Shown one piece after another: positions 40,201-49,147 of a stretch of 64,000 bases of DNA. The stretch covers positions 768,001 through 832,000 of the forward strand of contig CAWBOS010000012.1 of NCBI GenBank assembly GCA_963790475.1, read 5' to 3'. How positions within the stretch are numbered: the first letter of the stretch is position 1; every line of letters begins with the position of its first letter. Position numbers and translations under genes: made by a program. Under the pieces are notes generated by a model. That model was not told the DNA's origin, did no database searches, and worked only from the letters and a program-made list of their open reading frames with translations. This stretch comes from an uncultured delta proteobacterium (GTDB taxonomy: Bacteria > Desulfobacterota > RBG-13-43-22).

Positions 40201-40569
40201 TTAAGAAATATCTAAGACCGCTTTAAGAGCTTGTTCAACAGCCGCCATTTTTTTAGAGGGCATGGTTCCGGCCATATTTGTCTTTCCGGTACGGGGATCG
40301 ATAAACCGCGACGGGTCCAGGGAACGGATCTGGAAACATAGAAAAACCGTATCTTCGGGCAAACCGGTTTCCTTGGTGCTTACTCTGACATTGGTAGGGT
40401 AGTCATGCGTAACATTAGAAGCCTTGGTTCCAACCACCACCGTAATGACCAGAGGTTGACGATTAATTGCATCAGCCGATACAACCAAAACCGGGCGATA
40501 ACCTGCCTGTTCGCGCCCTTTAATTGGCATTAACTCCACAAAATAAATTTCTCCACGCCTAATCATCAA
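40201..40569 (-). CDS. PemK/MazF family toxin
   Basis: RRGEIYFVEL.P..GREQAGYRPVLVVS, QIRSLD. Confidence 0.9.
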   Translation of the reverse strand: MMIRRGEIYFVELMPIKGREQAGYRPVLVVSADAINRQPLVITVVVGTKASNVTHDYPTNVRVSTKETGLPEDTVFLCFQIRSLDPSRFIDPRTGKTNMAGTMPSKKMAAVEQALKAVLDIS

Positions 40570-40837
40570 CCTTTAATCCGTCCTTTTCCGTTTTGAGAAA
40601 CTTCTTGTTTATGATATGGCATTCGGCAAGAATTTCAGGATCTGAGCCCATTTGATTCATAGTTTCTTCAAAGGTCCGTTTTTTGCGCCGAGCCGTAAAG
40701 TTCTCAAGAGCAATGATAACCAGCCGGTTGAAATTATCCCCTATTTCGCTGGGAGCTACTGATTTTGCTTCATCTACCAATTCTCTCGGCAGGGCGATGC
40801 TCCTACGAACAAGTGCAGACCTTGGTTGTGATTTCAT
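40559..40837 (-). CDS. Putative antitoxin (RHH-like)
   Basis: RRSIALPRELVDEA...FNRLVIIALE; overlaps the toxin start. Confidence 0.7.
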   Translation of the reverse strand: MKSQPRSALVRRSIALPRELVDEAKSVAPSEIGDNFNRLVIIALENFTARRKKRTFEETMNQMGSDPEILAECHIINKKFLKTEKDGLKVDD

Positions 40838-41034
40838 TTAACACCTTCCTTAACACTAAAATACACCTTATATTGGTGAAAATCAATAGCAAAGTTAGAA
40901 GTGAGACGGGCGCTGGTTTTAAAACAACTTAATGTTTCCCATTGGGCAGATTGTTTTTGTTTTAACCCAATTATTCTATTCTCTTTTATCATCCACCCCA
41001 ATACAAAAGGTGAGGATTAAGTAATAAAAAGTAA

Positions 41035-42040
41035 TCTGGGGTATTCACTTGACTAAGGTTACCCCAACATATAGTAATGGGGCGTGGAATCGTACCCCAA
41101 AAGTTTGACTGAATTTGAGTCTTGGTTTTCTTCGGAACAAGATTGTCGAGACTACCTTTATCGTTTGAGATGGCCGGAAGGCTTTATCTGTCCACGATGT
41201 GGGAACCCGGAAGCCTGGCCAATTGGTACTATGTTGTTCGAGTGTTCCGGTTGCCACTATCAGTTGTCGGTTGTAGCGGGAACAATTTTTCAAGATACCC
41301 ACAAGCCGTTGATGGTGTGGTTTAGGGCGATATGGTGGGTAACTGGACAAAAAAATGGAGCCAGCGCTCTGGGCCTTAAACGCATCCTTGGTCTGGGAAG
41401 CTATCGCACGGCCTGGACCTGGTTGCACAAACTGCGTCGGGCCATGGTCCGTCCTGACCGGGACTGCTTGTCTGGTATTATTGAAGTAGATGAAACCGTT
41501 ATTGGCGGAGAGAAACCTGGTAAACGAGGTCGTGGGGCGGCCGGTAAGGTACTCGTAGGTATCGCAGTCGAAGACAAGGGAGATGACGGCGTTGGGCGAA
41601 TTCGTCTTGGTATTCTTCCGGATGCCTCTGCAAACAGTCTCAACGCCTTTATTAAGGAAAGAGTCACGGGAGGAAGTACCATTCGAACCGACGATTGGCT
41701 TGGCTACAGCAAATTGGATTCTGTTGGTTATCGGCACGTCACTATTAAAAATACTGAATTGAAGCTTGCTCACTTGGTAGTATCTCTTCTGAAACGTTGG
41801 CTTCTGGGTACCCATCAAGGTGCAGTCAGTCATGAGCATTTAGCCTACTATTTGGATGAGTATGTTTTTAGATTCAATCGCCGAACTTCGACTCACCGCG
41901 GCAAATTATTTATGCGCCTCCTGGAAAATGCTGTACAAATCGGACCGGTCACCCAATGTCAGATCATTCAGCATGTTAGAGGACGCAAACCCAAAGAACA
42001 CAACATATAGGGAATACCTTAGTCAAGTGAATACCCCAGA
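41035..42040 (+). mobile_element. IS1595-family insertion sequence
   Basis: Perfect 25-bp IRs (TCTGGGGTATTCACTTGACTAAGGT) and 8-bp TSD AAAAGTAA (41027-41034 / 42041-42048). Confidence 0.95.
41084..42010 (+). CDS. IS1595 transposase
   Basis: Zn ribbon CPRCG..CSGC, EVDET, TDD, YLDEYVFRFNRR. Confidence 0.95.
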   Translation: MESYPKSLTEFESWFSSEQDCRDYLYRLRWPEGFICPRCGNPEAWPIGTMLFECSGCHYQLSVVAGTIFQDTHKPLMVWFRAIWWVTGQKNGASALGLKRILGLGSYRTAWTWLHKLRRAMVRPDRDCLSGIIEVDETVIGGEKPGKRGRGAAGKVLVGIAVEDKGDDGVGRIRLGILPDASANSLNAFIKERVTGGSTIRTDDWLGYSKLDSVGYRHVTIKNTELKLAHLVVSLLKRWLLGTHQGAVSHEHLAYYLDEYVFRFNRRTSTHRGKLFMRLLENAVQIGPVTQCQIIQHVRGRKPKEHNI

Positions 42041-42108
42041 AAAAGTAATATGCTAAGAAAATAGACCTGGCCCCGGACCCGGATAACTTTTATATTTATT
42101 GGATTCAT

Positions 42109-42879
42109 TTACGGCCGCGACAGTAAAATGCCGCCATCCACCAAGATGGTCTCTCCGGTGATATAGGTTGAAGCATCTGAGGCCAGAAAGAGAGCGACAG
42201 TGGCTATGTCTTCGGGTTGGCCTATCCTCCCCAGAGGGATGTTGCTTATGAGTTGCTCCTTCCCATCGGGTGTTCTCCATTGTGAGGTTCCGGGGGTATC
42301 GATGTGACCGGGAGCTATGCTGTTTACCCGTATGTTGTATGGGGCCAGCTCCAGTGCCAACGTTTTGGTAAGGCTGATAACCCCGGCCTTTGAAGCCCCA
42401 TACGGTACCGCGCTTGCAGAAGCACGGAAGGCATCCATAGAAGAAATATTTATGATATTTCCCGATTTTTGCCCGACCATTATTTTAGCCGCGGCGCTGC
42501 TGCACAGGAAAACGCTTTTCAGGGTGGCCCGAATCACCGCGTCCCAACCATTTTCGCTAAGATCCAGAAAGGATTTCTTGAAGTTCCCGGCGGCATTGTT
42601 CACCAGAATATCGATCCTGCCGAACTTATCCATGGTCGTTTTCATCATCTCGGCCACCTGTCCCGAGTCCCGGACATCCGTGACTGTCGCCAGAACATTT
42701 CCCCCTTGCTCGGACAGCGCTTGAGCCGTGGCCTGAACCGTCTCGGCAATCATATCCGAAATGACGACATAGGCCCCGGCTTCGGCGAAAATCGAGGCAA
42801 TTCCCTTGCCGATTCCCTGGCCGCCGCCGGTGATGAGGGCCACACGATCTGTAATTTTAAATTTATCTAACATCGTCAT
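42109..42879 (-). CDS. SDR family oxidoreductase
   Basis: TGGGQGIG, NNAAG, YGASK, VNSIAPG, VDGG. Confidence 0.92.
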   Translation of the reverse strand: MTMLDKFKITDRVALITGGGQGIGKGIASIFAEAGAYVVISDMIAETVQATAQALSEQGGNVLATVTDVRDSGQVAEMMKTTMDKFGRIDILVNNAAGNFKKSFLDLSENGWDAVIRATLKSVFLCSSAAAKIMVGQKSGNIINISSMDAFRASASAVPYGASKAGVISLTKTLALELAPYNIRVNSIAPGHIDTPGTSQWRTPDGKEQLISNIPLGRIGQPEDIATVALFLASDASTYITGETILVDGGILLSRP

Positions 42880-43218
42880 GGTCTGTTTTCCTCCTGTGCC
42901 CCGTTCAGCCCGGGCTAACTCGAAGCCGCACAAATCGTAAAAACCAGAATAATTTGGATTTTTAAAAGTGTAAAGTCAATAAAATAAATATTTATAATTC
43001 CAACGTCTCAGGAAAGAGGGAGCCTGATGATGCCCTGCAGCTGCGATCATCCTTTTTCCTTTAATATAACCTATTATTTCTACTATGAAAATTTTGGAGG
43101 TATCTTTATGATGTTATATTAAATTGACTTCGCTTTTTTAGTGTGCCAATTATTATAAATAGGTTTGAAGGTGGCTTTGAATTTAATAATCTTAAATTAA
43201 AAGAGGGAGATCAAAGTC

Positions 43219-44025
43219 ATGGCCGATTACAGTCGTTATGAATTTATTAAGGTTGAAAAAGAGGGCAAACTTGCTACCTTAACCTTAAACCGTCCGGATT
43301 CTCTAAACGCCATACACTCGCAACTTCACGGTGAGCTCGAGAATATCTGGATGGAGGTGGCCCGGGATGAAGAGGTCAATGCCATCATTCTTACCGGCGC
43401 GGGAAGAGCGTTTAGTGCGGGTGGAGACGTGAAAGGTATGGATTCGAGAAGCGACCCCGACCAAGAGAGACGCTATTCACTTATGACCGTGGCTAATGCC
43501 CGCAGGCTGATTCAAAATATGTTGATGGTCGAACAGCCGATCATCGGCGCTATCAATGGGGATGCCGTGGGGCTGGGGGCCACTATCGCCCTCTTCTGCG
43601 ATGTGGTGATAGCAGCGGAGAAAGCTCGCTTTGGAGATCCTCACGTAAAGGTCGGCATCGTTGCCGGGGATGGAGGAGCGATTATCTGGCCGGCACTCAT
43701 TGGCGTCTCCCGGGCCAAGGAATTTCTAATGACCGGAAAGCTGATCAATGCGGTTGAGGCAGAGCGGATGGGCCTTGTCAACCATGCCGTCCCGCAGAAC
43801 GAGGTCCTGCCGAAGGCCAGGGAGTTGGCCCAGGAACTTGCCGAAGGTCCCACCTGGGCCATTCGCTACACCAAGGTAGCTGTCAACAAATGGCTAAGCC
43901 ATCAAGTCAATTTGATCCTCGATGCTTCCCTCGGAATGGAAATGCTCACCTTTAACACGGCCGATCATAAAGAGGCCACCCGCGCCTGGATGGAGAAAAG
44001 AAAACCCCAATTTAAGGGATTCTAA
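43219..44025 (+). CDS. Enoyl-CoA hydratase/isomerase (crotonase) family protein
   Basis: TLNRP, FSAGGD, INGDAVGLG, DPHVKVGIVAGDGG. Confidence 0.9.
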   Translation: MADYSRYEFIKVEKEGKLATLTLNRPDSLNAIHSQLHGELENIWMEVARDEEVNAIILTGAGRAFSAGGDVKGMDSRSDPDQERRYSLMTVANARRLIQNMLMVEQPIIGAINGDAVGLGATIALFCDVVIAAEKARFGDPHVKVGIVAGDGGAIIWPALIGVSRAKEFLMTGKLINAVEAERMGLVNHAVPQNEVLPKARELAQELAEGPTWAIRYTKVAVNKWLSHQVNLILDASLGMEMLTFNTADHKEATRAWMEKRKPQFKGF

Positions 44026-44069
44026 AGATTTTCAAAAGGGAGAATTGGGAGGGCAATCGTCAGGTGATC

Positions 44070-46427
44070 TTATCCGGTATTCTCCCTTTTTTCTTTTAAG
44101 GCCCGCCAGAGGCGCTCGGAGGAGACAGGGAGTTCGGTGATGCGCACCCCGGTGGCATCATAAACCGCATTCAGGATGGCCGGGATAGTGGGCATGATGG
44201 CCCCTTCACCGACTTCCTTGGCCCCGAAAGGGCCGTTGGGTTCATTACTTTCAATAATAAGCGATTGGACCTGCGGCACATCGAGGGCCGTAGGAACCTT
44301 GTATTCCCCCAGGGAGGCATTGATAATCTGTCCCCGGTCGTTGAATTTCACTTCTTCAAACAAGGCCTCACCCAGGCCCATGGCCACCGAGCCTTCCATC
44401 TGCCCTTCCACAGAGGTCCGATTGATGGCCAGGCCGCAGTCATGGGCATCGGTCACTTTATCCACAGTTACCTCTCCGGTTTCCAGATCCACGCTGACCT
44501 CGGCAATCATAGCCGAACAGCCATAGGCCGGTGATGTTCCGACCGTCGCCCCTTTAAAGGAGCCCCCCAGCTTGGGAGGTTTGTATTTACCGGTGCCGAC
44601 AATCGTCCCTCTTTTTAGATAGGCCAGACGGGCCGCTTCCCTAAAAGTCAGTTGATCTTCACTTGGGGGATCGGTCCAGCCCCGGTGTTCTTTGATATAC
44701 TCGATGCGGATCGGTTCAAAATCGGGAGCGGGGCCTTCAAAAAAGACCAGGCCGTTGCGGATCGACATCTTTTCCAGCGGAACGTTCAGCGCTTCGGACA
44801 ACACCTCCAGGACCTGACGCCGGGCATCTTCGGCCGCTTCCTTGGCAGCGAATCCGGTCATCAGGGTCTGACGACTGGAATAGGCCCCCAGATCAACTGA
44901 AAGATCGGTATCCCCGGAAACAACCTGCACATCTTCGTAGCGAACCCCCAGGGCCTCGGCGGCGATCATGGCCAAGGCCGTGTCCGATCCCTGGCCGATT
45001 TCCGCACTGCCGGTCCGGACCTGGACGGTCCCGCCGTCCTCGGAAATTTTAATGACTACCGTGGCATGATAGGTATCGGAACGATAAATAGGATAGCCCG
45101 CACCGGAGACAAAAAAGCCGCAGGCCAGTCCTATCCCTTTGCCTTTAGGCAGGCGGCCTTTTTTCAGCTTCCAATCGGAATGATCCCGAATGGCCTCGAT
45201 GCATTCTTTCATCCCCAGACTGCTCATGTTCAGCTCGTTGCAGGTCGTGTCGCCGGTTTCCATAATATTTTTCAAGCGCATTTCCACGGGATCGATCCCC
45301 AATTTTTCGGCAATAATGTCCAACTGCTGTTCGAAACCGGCCCGGGCAGCCACGCCGCCGTGTCCCCTTTGGGCCCCGCAGGCCGGGCGGTTGGTGTAAA
45401 CCCGAAAGCCGTCATATTTCATATTGGGGAGTTTGTAAGGGCCTCCTAAAAGGGAACCGGCGTAATAGACGGTGGCGATCCCGAAACTGGAGTAGGCCCC
45501 GCCTTCCAGGACACAGGTATTATGGAGGGCCATCAAGGTACCGTCTTTTTTGACTCCGGTTTTAAAGGTATGGAAAAATTGATGCCGGGCCCGGCTGTGG
45601 AGAAAGACCTGTTCCCGGGAGAAATGCATCTTCACCGGTCGATGGGTTCTCATGGAAAGAAGGCAAGCCGTCAATTCCAGGGTGGAAGCTGAAGCCTTGG
45701 GGCCGAACCCGCCGCCGACATAAGATTTGATGACGCGGACCTTCCCGATGGGCATTTTTAAGACCATGGCCGCGGTCCGCTGGACATAATGGGGGACCTG
45801 GGTGGAACTGTAGAGGGTCAAATAGCCTTGTTGATCAAAAACAGCCACGGCGTTATTGGGTTCCAGAAAGGCGGCATCCTGACGTTTATTGACAAATTTA
45901 TGCTCATGGATCAGGTCGCACCCGGCAAAGGCCGCTTCCACATCGCCGAACTCCTGATGGACCTCGGCGCAGATATTACGCACAAAGGCCTCATGGATCA
46001 GGGGGGCCCCTTCGGTCATGGCCTGGAAAGGATCAAAGACGGCCGGAAGTTCTTCATAATCCACCCGGATCAACTCCAGGGCTTCCTGGGCGGTTTCCTG
46101 GTCCACAGCGGCTACGGCGGCCACCTCATCCCCGACATAGCGCACCTTATCCACGGCCAGGATGGTCTCATCATAGCGGGCCGGGGAAACCCCAAAAGGA
46201 ATGATCTGCAAGTCCTGGGCGGTTACCACGGATTTGACTCCCGGAAGGGCTCTGGCCTTCGAGGTGTCAATATTTAGAATGCGGGCATGGGCCAAGGGAC
46301 TTTGTAGTATGGCCCCGGAGAGCATATTCGGAAAATGCAGATCATCGGTATAAATGGCCTGACCGGTGGCTTTGTCCGGTGCGTCCAGTCTCGGGGCCCG
46401 GCTGTTGATGACGCTGTAGGTGCTCAT
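44070..46427 (-). CDS. Xanthine-dehydrogenase-family Mo subunit, 4-hydroxybenzoyl-CoA reductase alpha-like
   Basis: TQVPHY, VGGGFG, QRGHG, GAYSSRQT, GAKEVGEG resemble HcrA/PcmR-type signatures. Confidence 0.75.
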   Translation of the reverse strand: MSTYSVINSRAPRLDAPDKATGQAIYTDDLHFPNMLSGAILQSPLAHARILNIDTSKARALPGVKSVVTAQDLQIIPFGVSPARYDETILAVDKVRYVGDEVAAVAAVDQETAQEALELIRVDYEELPAVFDPFQAMTEGAPLIHEAFVRNICAEVHQEFGDVEAAFAGCDLIHEHKFVNKRQDAAFLEPNNAVAVFDQQGYLTLYSSTQVPHYVQRTAAMVLKMPIGKVRVIKSYVGGGFGPKASASTLELTACLLSMRTHRPVKMHFSREQVFLHSRARHQFFHTFKTGVKKDGTLMALHNTCVLEGGAYSSFGIATVYYAGSLLGGPYKLPNMKYDGFRVYTNRPACGAQRGHGGVAARAGFEQQLDIIAEKLGIDPVEMRLKNIMETGDTTCNELNMSSLGMKECIEAIRDHSDWKLKKGRLPKGKGIGLACGFFVSGAGYPIYRSDTYHATVVIKISEDGGTVQVRTGSAEIGQGSDTALAMIAAEALGVRYEDVQVVSGDTDLSVDLGAYSSRQTLMTGFAAKEAAEDARRQVLEVLSEALNVPLEKMSIRNGLVFFEGPAPDFEPIRIEYIKEHRGWTDPPSEDQLTFREAARLAYLKRGTIVGTGKYKPPKLGGSFKGATVGTSPAYGCSAMIAEVSVDLETGEVTVDKVTDAHDCGLAINRTSVEGQMEGSVAMGLGEALFEEVKFNDRGQIINASLGEYKVPTALDVPQVQSLIIESNEPNGPFGAKEVGEGAIMPTIPAILNAVYDATGVRITELPVSSERLWRALKEKRENTG

Positions 46428-46581
46428 GGGAGTTACCTTTCTATCCGTTTCCTGGTTATAGAGGGATCATTTTGTTAGTGATTGTTAGTGAAAAGTGAAA
46501 GGTGACGAGTTACAAGAAAAAGCTTAACCCCTTCCTTTAAAACCTCTTACTTGTTTCTTCTTTCCTGCCACTTGACACTTG

Positions 46582-47043
46582 TCACTTTTGGGCTACTGAT
46601 TCAATGGCATCCACTATTTTTTGATAGCCCGTGCAGCGGCAGAGATTGCCGCTGATGGCTTCCCTTATTTCCGATTGGCTGGGAGAAGGGTTTTTGTCCA
46701 GCAAGGCCTTGGCGCTTAGGATCATGCCTGGACTGCAAAAGCCGCATTGGATGCTGCCATGTTCCACAAAGGCCTGTTGAAGGGGATGGAGTTTCCCTTC
46801 AGCGGATAGTCCTTCGATGGTCATTATCTCGTGCCCTTCGGCCTCCACGGCCAGGACCAGACAGGAGTTGACCGGTTTTCCGTCCATCAGGACGGTGCAA
46901 GACCCGCAGTCTCCCATTTCGCAGCCTTGTTTGGTACCGGTGAGTCTTAGATTTTCCCGGAGCACTTGGGTCAAGGTCCGGTTTACGGGAATGACCAGAT
47001 CGTATTCCCGGTCATTGACTTTGAGGGTAATCATTTTTTTCAT
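46582..47043 (-). CDS. 2x[2Fe-2S] subunit (HcrC/CoxS-like)
   Basis: GCEMGDCGSCTV, QCGFCSPG, NLCRCTGY. Confidence 0.92.
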   Translation of the reverse strand: MKKMITLKVNDREYDLVIPVNRTLTQVLRENLRLTGTKQGCEMGDCGSCTVLMDGKPVNSCLVLAVEAEGHEIMTIEGLSAEGKLHPLQQAFVEHGSIQCGFCSPGMILSAKALLDKNPSPSQSEIREAISGNLCRCTGYQKIVDAIESVAQK

Positions 47044-47052
47044 AGGGATCTC

Positions 47053-47943
47053 CTAACCATTTTTCAGAAGCTGGTTATAGGCGGCTTTCAGGGTGCGCAA
47101 GGTCAGAATCTCGATCATGTCCCGCCGATATTCGGCTGAGCCACGATGATCGGTAATGGGTTTGGAATCCTGGACCGCCGCCCGGGCGGCTTCTTTGAAA
47201 ACCGGATCGTTCTTATTTTTCGGTTTGACTCCCTCCAGGACCTGGGCCGCTGAGGAGGCCAGGAAAGGGATCGGGGCCACCGCTCCCAGGGCCACCCGGG
47301 CCGTTTTTATTGAACCATCGGAGGCCAGTTCGAGGAAAGAAGCGGCATTGACCAGGGCAATCTCCAGGGCCTTCCGGGTTCCCAATTTGATATAGGCCCC
47401 GGCGTCCGGTCCCTGGGTTTTAGGAATAAGGATCCCGGCCAGGATCTCGTCCGCCTGGATGACCGTTTGCCCGGGGCCGAGAAAAAATTGCTTAAGAGAT
47501 AAGCTGCGCTCCGCTTGCGGTCCTTTGAGAATCAAGATTGCCCCCAAGACCAGTAGAGGCGGGGCCAGATCGGAGGCCGGACGGGCAGTGATCAGGTTTC
47601 CCCCCACGGTCGCCCGGTTGCGGACCAAAGGCGATCCCAGTCTTCCGGCCCCCTGGGCCAATACGGAAATCCGGTCTTGAGTCAGCTTAGAGGTGGCCAG
47701 ATAGGCAGCCGTGGATAAGGGACCGATGAAAAGACCGTCGCCGTTTTGGGTTGTGGCCTCACCCAGTCCTTCAATTTTATTCAGACTGATAATATGATCC
47801 GGAGAGAGGAGCTTTTTTTTCATGTTGACCAGAAGATCGGTCCCTCCGGCCAGGACTTTGGCTTTTGTCCCATAGTGACTCAGCAGGGAACAGGCCTCAT
47901 CAATCGTTGTTGGGGCATAATAATCGAATTTCGGTAAAAGCAT
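47053..47943 (-). CDS. FAD subunit (HcrB/CoxM-like), without a [4Fe-4S] insert
   Basis: LAGGTDL, RNRATVGGN, DHRGSAEYR. Confidence 0.9.
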   Translation of the reverse strand: MLLPKFDYYAPTTIDEACSLLSHYGTKAKVLAGGTDLLVNMKKKLLSPDHIISLNKIEGLGEATTQNGDGLFIGPLSTAAYLATSKLTQDRISVLAQGAGRLGSPLVRNRATVGGNLITARPASDLAPPLLVLGAILILKGPQAERSLSLKQFFLGPGQTVIQADEILAGILIPKTQGPDAGAYIKLGTRKALEIALVNAASFLELASDGSIKTARVALGAVAPIPFLASSAAQVLEGVKPKNKNDPVFKEAARAAVQDSKPITDHRGSAEYRRDMIEILTLRTLKAAYNQLLKNG

Positions 47944-48114
47944 CTAATCCTCCTAAAAAAGTGACGATTGACGACTCCGGAATCAAAGTTATATTGTAGT
48001 TACAATATAGTTATTTGGAAGTATAAAGGGAACGGAAGAAAATTGTCAAGAGGAAAATGGGCGAAGAAGGATGGCCCTGGATTCGTTTGGCCGGACCGAT
48101 AATTGGGTTGTGGC

Positions 48115-48474
48115 CTATCCGGTTATTGATGCCTTTATTTGCACCCCAATCTGCATCCCGGCCGCCCAGGCTTTAAGGTGTTGGGCATTGGTTTCGGATT
48201 GTTTCATTCGCACCTTTTGGATCTCGGCTCCATAACAGCCGGCCGGCTGTTTATATCCCGGACAGCGGAAATAGCGCCAACCTTTATAGCCTCCAAAAGG
48301 GGTCCCGTCCTGGGGGCGATTGCCGGCCTTTATCCCCCGGGCGATCTGCCGGTCCACGGGCACTACTACGTGATAGCGGCCGCCATCCGGGGCAATTCCG
48401 ATATAACCTTCATTACCGCAGTCTTCATCCAGAGTGGCCCGGAAAATATCGTTGAAATCGATTATTAAAGACAT
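48115..48474 (-). CDS. Hypothetical protein
   Basis: Plausible composition (GYIGIAPDG..YHVVVPVD...GTPFGGY.GW.YF); no family recognised. Confidence 0.55.
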   Translation of the reverse strand: MSLIIDFNDIFRATLDEDCGNEGYIGIAPDGGRYHVVVPVDRQIARGIKAGNRPQDGTPFGGYKGWRYFRCPGYKQPAGCYGAEIQKVRMKQSETNAQHLKAWAAGMQIGVQIKASITG

Positions 48475-48562
48475 AGTTATGAGTGACGTGTGACGAGTGA
48501 CAAGTGACGAGAAAATAATAATCAATAATTTTCTACCAGTGACCGGTAACTCGTAGAAGTGG

Positions 48563-48763
48563 TCAGCCCCCAAAGGCCGGATGAATTAATTCCAAAACAT
48601 CTCCTTCGGTTAACTGAGTGGTCTCATAATCTTTTGGATGAATAAATCGATGATTTAATTCGACGATCATATGAATCTCAAATTCCCGGCTGGAATGGAT
48701 CACTGCGGCTATCGACGCCTTTTCCGGAATGGATTCTTTATAACCATTGATAATAATCCACAT
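48563..48763 (-). CDS. ThiS/MoaD-like sulfur carrier
   Basis: 66 aa, VELN, EGDVLEL, C-terminal GG. Confidence 0.85.
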   Translation of the reverse strand: MWIIINGYKESIPEKASIAAVIHSSREFEIHMIVELNHRFIHPKDYETTQLTEGDVLELIHPAFGG

Positions 48764-48787
48764 AGAATTGTTTTTGTTGGGGATCGC

Positions 48788-49147
48788 TTACTCTTTTAAG
48801 TGTCTTTTCACGGCCTCTTTGAGTTCCGTCAGATCGGAAGATTTGACCACATAATCATCCGAGGCCCAAACGGAAAAATCCTGCTTAAATTCACTGTAGG
48901 CCGAGCAGAGGATGACCGGTATCCGGGGATATTTTTCTTTGATGGCCCTCAGGGTGTCAATGCCGTTCATCTCCGGCATACGGATATCCATAATAATAAT
49001 ATCCGGCACATGATCCGGATCCTCCAACCGGGAGAGCACCTCTTTGCCGTTTCCGGCCAAAACCACCTCGTAACCATCTTCTTCGAACTCTTCCTTGTAG
49101 AGCCTTTGGAGGGCCTCTTCGTCGTCAGCGATTAATATCCGTTTCAT
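48788..49147 (-). CDS. Single-domain response regulator
   Basis: ILIADDE, MDIRMP, CSAY, YVVKS. Confidence 0.92.
   Translation of the reverse strand: MKRILIADDEEALQRLYKEEFEEDGYEVVLAGNGKEVLSRLEDPDHVPDIIIMDIRMPEMNGIDTLRAIKEKYPRIPVILCSAYSEFKQDFSVWASDDYVVKSSDLTELKEAVKRHLKE

Noticed and set aside
41045-41839. 264-aa antisense ORF in IS1595 and many other antisense ORFs in the track
   Set aside because: Shadows of well-supported genes on the opposite strand.
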